Positions 53,173 to 64,000 of a DNA stretch of 64,000 nt are shown piece after piece. The first letter of the stretch is position 1. The number at the start of each line of letters is the position of its first letter. Below the pieces are notes generated by a model, which saw only the letters and a program-made list of their open reading frames with translations, searched no databases and was not told where the DNA came from. The stretch lies in the NCBI GenBank assembly GCA_951406725.2, contig OX597814.1:97216001-97280000 (forward strand). Reading direction: 5' to 3'. This DNA comes from Octopus vulgaris. Taxonomy: Eukaryota. The position numbers were made by a program, and so were the translations under genes.

Positions 53173-53297
53173 CAGACTCAACAACGTTTTCAACAGTGGT
53201 GTTAAGTTCTTTGCCTAGGACTCCCATCACGGCAAAAACTGAGAAACCAGCCAAGAGACTCATTAATGAATCTCCTAAACATACAAAAATGGCATCT
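53173..53297 (-). CDS. SLC6 exon, TM7
   Basis: TTTTTAG|RDAIFVCLGDSLMSLLAGFSVFAVMGVLGKELNTTVENVVES|GTAAGT; phases 2 and 1 fit the neighbouring exons. Confidence 0.93.
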
Positions 53298-53409
53298 CTA
53301 AAAAAAAGTAACAAATATTATTATATTGTGTGTGTGTGTGAATGTGTGTGCATATATGTATCATCCGTGCTAGCATGGAAGGTAGACATTAAATGATGAT
53401 GATGATGAT

Positions 53410-53458
<49 letters not shown>

Positions 53459-55954
53459 ATGTGTGTGTGTTTGTATGTTTTCTTTGAGATTTATTTCAGT
53501 TTTTTTTTTCATAATGATAAGACTTTTTAGTTAAAACAATTCCCAGGGTTGTAAACATGTGGTTAAGTTAGTGTGTTATGAATGAGTGAAATGTGAATGA
53601 TCTGCCAATGTCATGAAGGAAACAACCATTTCCACACTAGCTGCTTCAGTAAATTTCTTGACAGAAAGTGACAAGACAAAATCCCAGACATTGACTCACC
53701 TGTGCTAGTCTGCCTAACATATACACCATCCCAATGCAGTCACAGCCTCACTGAGTAGGCATGTAGTTCCCATGTCAGACAGCTAGCTTTCACAGAAACT
53801 ATTATATGGTGAACTTCAACAAGGCAAACTCTTCCAGAGAAGCCAGAAGTGCTTCAAAGATAATTTAAAAGCTTTCTCAGAGGTCTTCTGCATCAGCCAT
53901 GTCATATAGGGGCAGACAGCACAGAACAGAGGCAAGTGGAAATCAGTCGTCTGCAAGGGCATAGCAACTTGTGAAGCCAACAGGACTGCTGTAATGCAGG
54001 CAGGCCAGGAAAACAAATGCCATTAAGTTCCTAACTACTACCAACATTTCTTGACCACATTGCCAGAGAACCTTCTGGATGCATCTTGGTGCTTTGAAAT
54101 CATGAAGTCCTAGGTTCAATCTGACTGTGTGGCATCTTGGGCAGGTGTCTATTATTTCTACTCTAGCTGTGAATTGTGGGTGAAACTGGACAAACAGAAA
54201 CTGTGGAAGTTCATTGGACAGATTGTATCTGCAACAAAAGGGCTCAAACTTGCTGTGTGCACTTTGTTGTACTGATTCTTACAATGGATTACATTAAAAG
54301 AACAATGTATTCTTATATGCTAATTGAATGAACAGGTAATTCAGTTGATCAAATATTCATTATCAAAATGGGCAAAGTTCCATTTATTCATGTGTCTATG
54401 CATGTACATGTGTGTGTGTGTGCACACATATGCTTGTGTGTGTATGTGTTTGTGTGTACAGTGCATTATTAACTAACTACTAACTCAACCCTGATGGACT
54501 AGCCTAAAATCTTTCAACTATGACCATCTTTTTGTTTAGCTGTACTATTTTTAAAGTAGGTCTACATTCTAATACATTCATTCCTTATTCAAGACAGCAT
54601 GTGATTCGGCTGCTATTTCTAGCAGACTGAACAACCACGTAGCAGTTCCATTGTTGTTGGCCCATGTGTGATATGTGTAGGCATTAGCAACGTTAGCAAC
54701 ATTAGCAACAGCATTGTTTCTGGGTTTTATACAGATTTTAGTTTTAGTTTTACTTATTTGACATTGAGAACCCTTTTCAATTTATTTTCTACCTTTAGTT
54801 TCCTTTTGTAGAGAGTAACCTTTCAAGTTATGTCAACTTCATTTAATATACATTTCTTTTTTTTACTTCAATCATTATAACTAACAGATGTATGAAATCC
54901 TATGATGCAGGATTATGGATCACTATAATCTATTGACTTGCAAAACATCTTAATAAGTATTGTGTCATGATAAGAGAATGCAAATGTATGAAGAGGAGAG
55001 AAGAGGAGACAGAGAGAAGTTGGTGATGTTATTGTCACTATTAATTTTATCCTTGGCCTACATCTTGTCACAGAATTCTTTCAAAAACAACTTATATGAA
55101 AAGAAAATGACCCTTTGTCCATGAAATCAATACTCTACTTAACTTCTTTCACCTGAACCAACAAAAAACCTTGAGATTATGAAGCAGCTTGAGATTATGA
55201 AGGAGGGGCTTGAAGTTAAAGGAGAACTCCTGTTTATGAATGAAACAATGGTCTGCATATTTATTCTTAATAAATTCTGGCAGATTCAAATGCAATTATG
55301 CTGATTGCTGTTGTGTATGTCACAGGGGAACAATTTCTCCTTTTACAAAGACAATGTTTTCATAATGCACCCAACTCATTGGTACAAAGAAAAATGTCTC
55401 CTTTTTATAACGACAATGTGTTCACACATTCCAGAATCCCTTGCAGTAATGAGTCAAGTGTGTTATGAACACATTGTCTTTCTAAAAGAAGTTGTTCTTC
55501 AGTGACATACACAACAGTGACCAGTGTATTTGTTCTTGAATGTCAGAATGTATTATGAATATGCAAGTCATTGTTTCAGACCTCACTGTTCACAGAGAAA
55601 ATAACAGTTTAATAACTTTTTGCTAAATTTTTATCTTAAATATTTGAAATATTAATCCCTTAGACATCTTGTTTTGGACAGATAACAAGGTCATTTTAGA
55701 GAGTCAAAAATCAGTTTCTAACACTGTTGCAATGAAGCCAATTTAATAGAGTACACAAAGGTGTACACTATTTAACTGGATCCATTACTTGATTTTGATT
55801 TTTACTTTTTACCTCAGACCCAGAAAAATGACAAAATAGTGTTTACTCTGGTAGGCTTTGAACTTAGAATATGATGCAAGTGGATTGAAATAATCCAGCT
55901 AAGCTCTGAATAAGTTCAGTGGCCATATATCTCAAGGAAAATAAATCCTCTTAC

Positions 55955-56193
55955 CTGAATATATTATTGTGAAATTTGTTGTAACTGGAAAGTGTTGACA
56001 GTCCTCCCCAGCACAGTGAAAGGGAGAAAAACACCTGTGCTGCTGCATCACCCCAGACGTGGACTTTTTTCAACTTCTCCCATTTTGGTGTGAGGTAAAA
56101 TTTTATTCCTTCGAGATGGCCATCTACTGTTATTCCTCGTATCAACAGTACAAACATAATGATATAGGGAAATATCACAATTAGGTACACAAC
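55955..56193 (-). CDS. SLC6 exon, TM5-TM6 (glycine-transporter-like)
   Basis: [10 protein letters not shown]...[13 protein letters not shown]...[32 protein letters not shown], closest to GlyT-type [23 protein letters not shown]. Confidence 0.96.
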
Positions 56194-56444
56194 CTAGAAA
56201 AGAAAAAGAAAAAGAAAGAAAAACATAATAAAAAACTGTAATAGTTTGTTCTACAGATTAAGTGTATTTGTAGTTTCCATTTGTATATTATAGTGTTTTG
56301 AAGGTAATTTAAGCCAATTCCCAGAGGTCAAAAGAACAAGCTTTAGATTATAATATTTTCTTTTATGCTTGTTGGTGATAAATGCTGGTTGTCATTGTCA
56401 CCATGCTCCTAATAAAGAAATAGTATTGATGATGATGAAAATAA

Positions 56445-56659
56445 TTCTTTCTACTATAGGTACAAGGCCTGAAATTTTAGGGGTGGGGGCAAGTCAATTA
56501 CACCAACCGCAGTGTGTAACTGGTGCTTATTTCACTGACTCTGAAAGGAGGAAAGGCAAAGTCGACCTGGGTGGAACTTGAACTCAGATCGCAAAGACAG
56601 AAGAAATGCCACTAAGCATTTTGCCTAGCATGCTGCTGCTGCTGCTGCTGCTGCTACTT

Positions 56660-56752
<93 letters not shown>

Positions 56753-58435
56753 ATAATAATAATAATAATGGTTTCAATTTTTCAAATTTTGATACAAACC
56801 AGTAATTTTTGGGGAGGGGCTAATCACTTACTTTGACTCCAATACTCAACTGGTACTTATTTTATCAACCATATAAGGATGAAAGGCAAAGTCAACCTCA
56901 GCAGAATTTGAACTCAGAGTGTAAAGAGTCAAAAGAAATGCTACTAAGCATCTACTCTGACATACCAGCAATTCTGCCATCTCACTGCCTTCATAATACT
57001 AATAATAATCCTTTTTACTATAGGCATCAGGCTTGAAATTTTGGCAGAAGGGGTGAGGTTAGTTGATGACACTGACTCTATTTTCTAACTGGTACGTATT
57101 CTATAAACTCCAAAAAGATGAAAGGCAAAGTCAAAATGCATAGCTGGAAGAAGTACTTCAAAGAATTTTGTCTGGCATGGTAATGATTCTGTTTGCCTAC
57201 CACCTTAAAAATGATAATAACAATCCTTTTCTTCTGTAGGTACAAAGCCTGAAATTTTGAGAGTGCTCAACTGGTATTTATCTTATCAACTCTGAAAGAA
57301 TGAAAGGCAAAGCCAAACACTCAGCAGTATTTGAACACAGAATGTAAAGATGGATGAAATGCTGCTAAGCATTTTGTCCGGCATGCTAACAATTCTGCCA
57401 GTTCTCTGCCTTAACAACAACAACAATAACAACAACAACAACACCAACAACAATAATAATGATCTTTTCTACTAAAGCAACAAGGCCTGAAATTTTGGGG
57501 GAGGGGGCCAGTCAGTTACATCAACCTCAGTATTTCACTGGTACTTAATTTATCAACCCTTGAAAGGATGAAAGGCAAAGTTGACCTTGGTGGAATTTGA
57601 ACTAAGAATGCGGTGACGGGTGAAATACCTATTTCTTTACTGCCCACAAGGGGCTACACACAGAGGGGACAAATAAGGACAGACAAACGGATTAAGTCGA
57701 TTATATTGAGCCCAGTGCGTAACTGGTACTTATTTAATTGACCTCAAAAGGATGAAAGGCAAAGTTAACCTCGGCGGAATTTGAACTCAGAACGTGGCGG
57801 CTACACACAGAGGGGACAAACAAGGACAAACGGATTAAGTCGATTATATTGATCCAGTGCATAACTGGTATTTATTTAATCGACCCTGAAAGGATGAAAG
57901 GCAAAGTTGACCTTGGCGGAATTTGAACTCAGAACGTAGTAGCGGCACACAAAATACCGCTAAGCATTTCACTTGGCCTGCTAGCGATTCTGCCAGCTCG
58001 CTGCCTCAATAACAAAAGCAGCAGCAACAACAACAACAATAATAAAAACAAGGGCACTCAGAGAGTGCAAACTTCTGCCAAGGCAACACCAATGTCCTTT
58101 CAATGATTAGCCAGAGATGATTAGAATGGGAATATCTGAAATAAACTGGACTGCTCTCACAAACGAGAATACTAAAAATTAACCTGACCGCTTTCAAACA
58201 AAAAATAATCTAAATATATATTTATTGAGTGAGAAGTGAAGGGAGAGGAGATGAAATACTAATACAATGAAGAAGTAGTGAGAGTAATAGCCATGACTGA
58301 GAGGGAGTGGGCAAAGAGTGTCCTATGAATGAGAAAGGAAGAGGTGATTAATGAATAATGAAGGAAGGAGTGAAAATGCCAATAAACAGTGTTTGAAGTG
58401 TGTGTATATGTGTGTGTAAAAGAGAGGTATGTTTG

Positions 58436-58530
<95 letters not shown>

Positions 58531-59300
58531 ATGTGTGTGTACAATGGAAATGGGATGGTAATGTTCAATGCTGAAAATGTGTGAGTATATGTGTGTGAAC
58601 TATGTGAAACTTTACATATACAAGTAAAGTAAAAAAAATCGGAAAAATAATCCAGAATCCTTGTCCAGTACAACTGGATCAATCCCAAAATCTAATGAGA
58701 CTGAGCAAGTCACAAGGTCACACATCCCTGAAAGTTTCATCCAAATCCATCCAGCCGTTCTTGAGATATCTTGTCCACAGACAAACAAACATGACTGAAA
58801 ATAATACCTCTGCCTTTGCTAGGGTGGAAGTAATAAGTACAATCCCCCAGTAGACACAATATCTTCAATCCACAACATCACGATATTGGATAATTGTGTA
58901 ACGTCTTCAATAATAATAATAATAATCCTTTCTACTATCGTCACAAGGCCTGAAATTTGTCGGGAGGGGACTAGTTGATTATATCAATACCCAGTGTTTC
59001 ACTAGTACTTAATTTATTGACCCCGAAAGGATCAAAAGCAAAGTCGAACTTGGCAGAATTTGAACTTAGAATGTAGAGATGGACAAAATGCTGCTAAGCA
59101 TTTTGCACAGCATGCTAACAATTCTGCCACCTCACTGCTTTAATAATAATCCTTTCTACCAAAGGCACAAGGCCTAAAATTTTGGTGGGTGAGGAAAATT
59201 GATTATATTGGCCCTAATATCTGAATGGTGCTTATTTTATTGACCCTGAAAAGATGAAAGTCAAAGTTTACCCCTGCAGAATTTGAACTCAAATCGTAAA
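56445..59300 (-). repeat. Cluster of about 9 same-orientation SINE copies separated by trinucleotide microsatellites
   Basis: GAAAGGCAAAGT-like motif near 56551, 56881, 57120, 57302, 57570, 57754, 57896, 59030 and 59255. Confidence 0.8.
58027..58833 (-). mobile_element. Helentron/DINE-1-like (HINE) element
   Basis: Subterminal repeats (TACCTCTGCC, AACTTCTGCC), terminal hairpin GCACTC-AGA-GAGTGC and an internal (GT)n tract. Confidence 0.6.
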
Positions 59301-59510
59301 GATGGCCTGGTTTCTATCACTGGATGCCCTTCCTAATACCGACCACTTTACAAACTGTACTAGGAACATTTTCTAATGGCACCGACACTAGAGAGGTTGC
59401 CCTCCTCTTGTTTTTATATTAACTATGTCGCACATCCCTACATATTTTTGATTTACTCTTGTAATAAGTCTGTCGTATATGTAAATGGGTACTACTACTA
59501 TTGCTACTGT

Positions 59511-59552
<42 letters not shown>

Positions 59553-59561
59553 AACTACTAT

Positions 59562-59611
<50 letters not shown>

Positions 59612-60731
59612 TCATTATTAGGCAGTGAAATGGCACAACATTTAATGTGTTGGTAAAAATGCTTTGTGGTGTTTCTTCCAACTTTTTATATTTTGAGTTC
59701 AGATACTGCTTAGGTTGACTTTGCCTTTCATCCTTCCAGGGTTGATAAAATAAGTACCAGTCAAGTACTGGGGTTGATGTAATTGACTTATCTCCATCCC
59801 TAAAATTGCTGGCCTTCTGCCTATAGTATAAAGGATGATTATTATTATTATTATCATTATTATCATAAAAAGGACAAATATTCATCACATATATTCATGC
59901 AATTAGTAGCATCAATTACTTGATTTTATGTGATCAAAGATCCCTATCAAGATGTGATCATCTCTAGATATAGGATAAAGTGATTTGGCCTGATATACAA
60001 TGGAACTGGAATACTAGTAGCATTTTTAAACTCCTGATTTATGAGCAGATAGTGTTCAATATTTATATAATGTACCATATTTGTCTCATTGTTATTATTG
60101 TTTTCAGTTAAAATATGAAGATAATATTACCATCTCAGACGAAAATGTTTTAGAAGAATAATAATAATAAAAGAAAAAAAGTCTTCCTTCACCATACTCA
60201 CATATACCAAAACAAAAATAAGTACAATTCTCTTTTGGAACAGTGAATCTTGAAGCACATAAAGCAATAAATAATCCTTTCTACTACAGCCATGTGGCCT
60301 GAAATTTTGTGGGAAGGGATAGTCAATTACACTGACCCCAATGCTTGCTTGGTACTTAATTCATTGATCCACAGATTTTGAACTCAGAGTGTAAAGTATT
60401 GGAAAAATGTCACTAAGCATTTTATTTGGCATGGTAATTATTCTGTCAGCTCACTATCTTTATAAAATTCTAAATAACAGTATGTAATATTGGGTTGAAA
60501 ATCCCTTTGGGACAGAAGAAGTCGAAGGCTGCCTGCAGGATATAAACCCATGTCTCTTGCTGACATGACAGCCTTCAACTTTTTCTATCTAAAAGGGTCT
60601 TTCAATCCAATATTTATATGCTATTATTTATAGCTTCATGTGATGTGATTCAAGATCCAATGTTCTAAAAATTAACTATTCCACAGAATCTTAAAAGTTT
60701 ATGAAATACTTCAAAAATGTTTCATACATAC

Positions 60732-60864
60732 CTTCCCAGAAGATTTAATTCCTTTGAAGACACATAAAAAGACAATCACCCAGCAAAGAAGGAGACACAA
60801 AGCCAACTGCCAGCGAATGGTACCAAGCTGGCCTATACTTTTACTTGTATTTAAAACCCATATA
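60732..60864 (-). CDS. SLC6 exon, EL2 end to TM4
   Basis: ATTACAG|YIWVLNTSKSIGQLGTIRWQLALCLLLCWVIVFLCVFKGIKSSGK|GTATGT. Confidence 0.95.
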
Positions 60865-61199
60865 CTGTAATAACAAATATTTTAAAAGAGGCGATTCATA
60901 GTAATGCTAAAAAAAAAAGGTAAGAAGACAACATACAAATTTATGTGAATTTTAGAATATTGTAAGTAATATTGTTTTCTAATTTTGGCACAAGGCCAGC
61001 AATTTTAGGGGAGGGTGTTCAACAGGTACTTATTTTATCAACCCTGAAAGGATGAAAGGCAAAGTCAACTTTGGCGGAATCTGAACCCAGAACATGAAAA
61101 TGGATGAAATGTCATTAAGCATTTTGCAAGGCATGCTAACAATTCTGCCAGTTCATTGCCTTAATATTGAAAGTAATATTGATTTCAAATTTTGGCTGC

Positions 61200-61660
61200 T
61201 CTCGTCAAGAGAGTGACTGCTGGAACACCCTAGACTCTGCACCATACCACAGAAGCAGGAGAACCTAGTCATGGCTGTCAGATAATTTCTGCGACCACAT
61301 CACCCTTAATATCTAGCCACCTAACTCCTCAGATTGCAACACCCTTGATTATTATGTGTGGGGTGCAGTTGAGTGAGAGATCAACAAAACTCCTTGTAAC
61401 ATCAAAGATGAACTGAAGGGAAGAATTATGGCAGCATTCACCAACTTAAACAAGGAAACCATCCAGAAGAGTTGCAGGAGATTCCAAAGTCGTCTGGGGG
61501 CTGTAGTCAAAGCCAATGGTGATTTTATTTAATAACTTTACTCTTTAGTATTTCAAAATATTTTTATGTAATTTTAGTAAATATATCTGTTAAAATAAGA
61601 TGTCAGTAGTATTTTCATTTTTGCGTAACTTAGATGACAATTTATTCACCGCACTCTGTA
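61200..61660 (+). mobile_element. Tc1/mariner 3' fragment
   Basis: PNSSDCNTLDYYVWGAVE motif; end ATTCACCGCACTCTG-TA. Confidence 0.7.
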
Positions 61661-61799
61661 TGTGTGTATGTATATATGTATGTATGTATATATATAAATA
61701 TATATATATGTATATAAATAATGAAGCTAAAGCACTCAGAGTAATGCTTCCTGGTACAGGTTGACCTTGACCTCTGCTGGGCCTGTGCACTAAGTTTTA

Positions 61800-62530
61800 A
61801 TGTTCTAACTCACTTCCGCTGTTTACAGCAGTGCTTCAAAGTAACATGTGTAATGTGTCACCATGACAAAGTTGTCATGGTGATACCTACTCAGAGGCCT
61901 ATGCAAAGTTGCAGAAAGTATAGAAAGGAATGTATGAGCTGCACACAAATGTATGAGTGGTTCAGACATTTTCAAGATGGCTGAAAACATTTTGATAGTG
62001 CGAATGTTCTGGGAGACCAACAGCCAGCAGAACTGAGAAAACATTGCAAATGTGCGTGCAGCTGTGAGGGGAAATCATCAAGTCACCATCCATGAGTTAT
62101 CAGAGGATGTGCAGATTAGTTACAGTTCAGTTCTGTCTATTGTCTCAGAAGATTTGGGTATGAGATGTGTCTGCCAAGTTTGTATCAAAACTGCTTTCAG
62201 CTGACCAAAAAGACACTTGGGTTTCAGTTGCACAAAATCTTGATTGTGTCAAGAATGATGAAAACTGTGTGTAGACCTCTGAGCAGGTAATGCCAAGCTT
62301 TTGGGAAAATTTGATGCAGATTCTCTGCTCAGTTTTCTTTGTCATGGTCAATGCTACGAATACATGCTATACACGTTACTTCCAGGCACTGGAAGTGAAT
62401 TAGAATGTTAAAACTTAGTGCACATGCAAAGCAGAGTTCAAGGTCAATCAGTGCCAAGTGGCTTTACTCTGCATGATTTAGCTTTGTTACCACGGCAACA
62501 GTTCAGATACTTATTGATCAGACCATGTAT
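61800..62530. mobile_element. Mariner remnant
   Basis: HTH-like segments (EQRICIKFSQKLG; ENIANVRAAVRGNHQVTIHELSEDV; KFVSKLLS). Confidence 0.6.
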
Positions 62531-63642
62531 ATATATATATGTATTTATAAACAAACTTTGGAGAGCAAGTGTATGCACACACACACACAAACACGTACAT
62601 ATGTATGTAATTAATAATGTAATAGCATGTATGATACATTATTAGTGAGTTTAGAGCTCAGTGATTGGTTCCACATTAAACTCCTCTATTTTATGCATAA
62701 TGAATTCAATCAACACATTGGAAAGTAAACACAAGTGCAATGTCTGAGTGACATAAAATTAAAAGAAGTCAGGTTACTGATGTTCTTATGTTTTAATATA
62801 CACGTGTTTCAATGAATCAGCAGCTCACTTCCTCAGTATTTCAGCAAAATATCAAGAAAATAAATGATTAAAGAAATAAAAAGCCTAAATGTTTACTGAT
62901 AGCATTTATGCTGTTTGGCACAACAGAAGGCAGCAATACTGCAAGATGCCAAAATCATTGTAATCTTCAGATGTCAACAAATGAAGTGAATGTCACACAG
63001 ATCAAATTGTGTGTAGGGTGCATGCACACACACACGCACACAGCTATGTGGTTAAGAAGTTTGCTTTGCAACTACCTAGTTTAATTCTTCAGTGTTTTAA
63101 CTAGTCATATCCGACCAAAATATTCTACCTGTTTGATGTTCAAACCAGCCAGACCTGACCTCTCACACTTATCTTACTTTACAATGTCATTCTAAAAGAA
63201 TCAATCACATCATTGAAATCATGAAGCTATGAGACAACGTATGATTAAATCAAGTCAATGTGAATAAATAATCAACACATTTGACAATAATCTGAAAGCT
63301 AAAGGGTTAGGTTTCATTCCTACTGTCTGGCTCTGTGGTCAAGTGTCTTCTATCGTAGCCTTGGGTTGACTAATGCCTTGTGGGTAGAACTGGAAATAGA
63401 TACTATACTGAATCATGTGATGTGTGAGTGAGTGTTCATGACAATCTATGTATATGTACATGTTCTCTTACATACATATAAGATGAAAGAGAAAAAGAGA
63501 AAAAGGAATAATACTTGGATTTTATAGTGAAGTGTCAAGGGATTTCACTATTGTTGACTTTGTAAGAACAAAATAAGTTCAGTTGTAATTTTCTAATTTG
63601 GTTCAATTAACAAGAGATAATCAAAACTAAGCCTGAACTTAC

Positions 63643-63844
63643 TAAAAATACTCCTCACTGGGAGTCTTGAAAGTGACATTGGCTTCCAAGCTTCCTGATG
63701 AGGAACCTTCAGCAAACAACGAGAAAGATGCATTCCACATACAATTAGTTGAGACGGAAATATTAGTCAAGTTCAATTCTTGTTCTTTGGTGTTGTTCAT
63801 GATGTCGGAACAATTTGGCAGGTGATATTTTTCCGTTTTGCAAT
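63643..63844 (-). CDS. SLC6 exon, extracellular loop 2 (most 5' exon in the window)
   Basis: ATTTCAG|DCKTEKYHLPNCSDIMNNTK...NVTFKTPSEEYF|GTAAGT; PSEEYF motif and 6 N-glycosylation sequons. Confidence 0.92.
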
Positions 63845-64000
63845 CTGAAATATAAGGATAAAAACAAGCTAAGTCATTCAGAAAATATTGCATACGGTGT
63901 GATAAAAAAACATAATAATAAAAATGAATAAATAAATAAATAATAATAATAACAACAACAATAACAATAATAGAGATTGACTGTTTATTAAAATGAAAAT

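Noticed and set aside
56606-56836. Poly-Leu, poly-Tyr/Val and (YI)n/(CV)n/(HT)n ORFs here and elsewhere
   Set aside because: Translations of microsatellites.

Overview
AT-rich, repeat-dense metazoan genomic DNA, most likely octopus/cephalopod (inferred from the SINE families and microsatellite load, not proven). Two convergent spliced genes can be rebuilt with canonical GT-AG sites and consistent phases. (1) A complete 3-exon TIMM13 on + (10564-19090, 91 aa, twin CX3C). (2) The 3' portion of an SLC6 glycine-transporter-like gene on - (10 exons, 63844 down to stop at 22909; the 5' exons lie beyond the window). This SLC6 has an ~815-aa cytoplasmic C-tail holding 20 in-register 12-aa (36-bp) repeats, an LC8-type TQT motif and a PDZ-type end (-TKL). 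It also has non-canonical Na1/Na2 residues and a candidate alternative short terminal exon. One SLC6 intron carries a Penelope-like insertion whose ~155-bp inverted arms each encode a full type I hammerhead ribozyme. The rest is LINEs (CR1-like, R4/Dong-like, RTE), DNA transposon remnants and MITEs (piggyBac, mariner/Tc1, hAT, Merlin-like, MULE, Helentron-like), tRNA-derived SINEs and microsatellites. Most short ORFs in the track are repeat noise. Ends of degenerate repeats are approximate.
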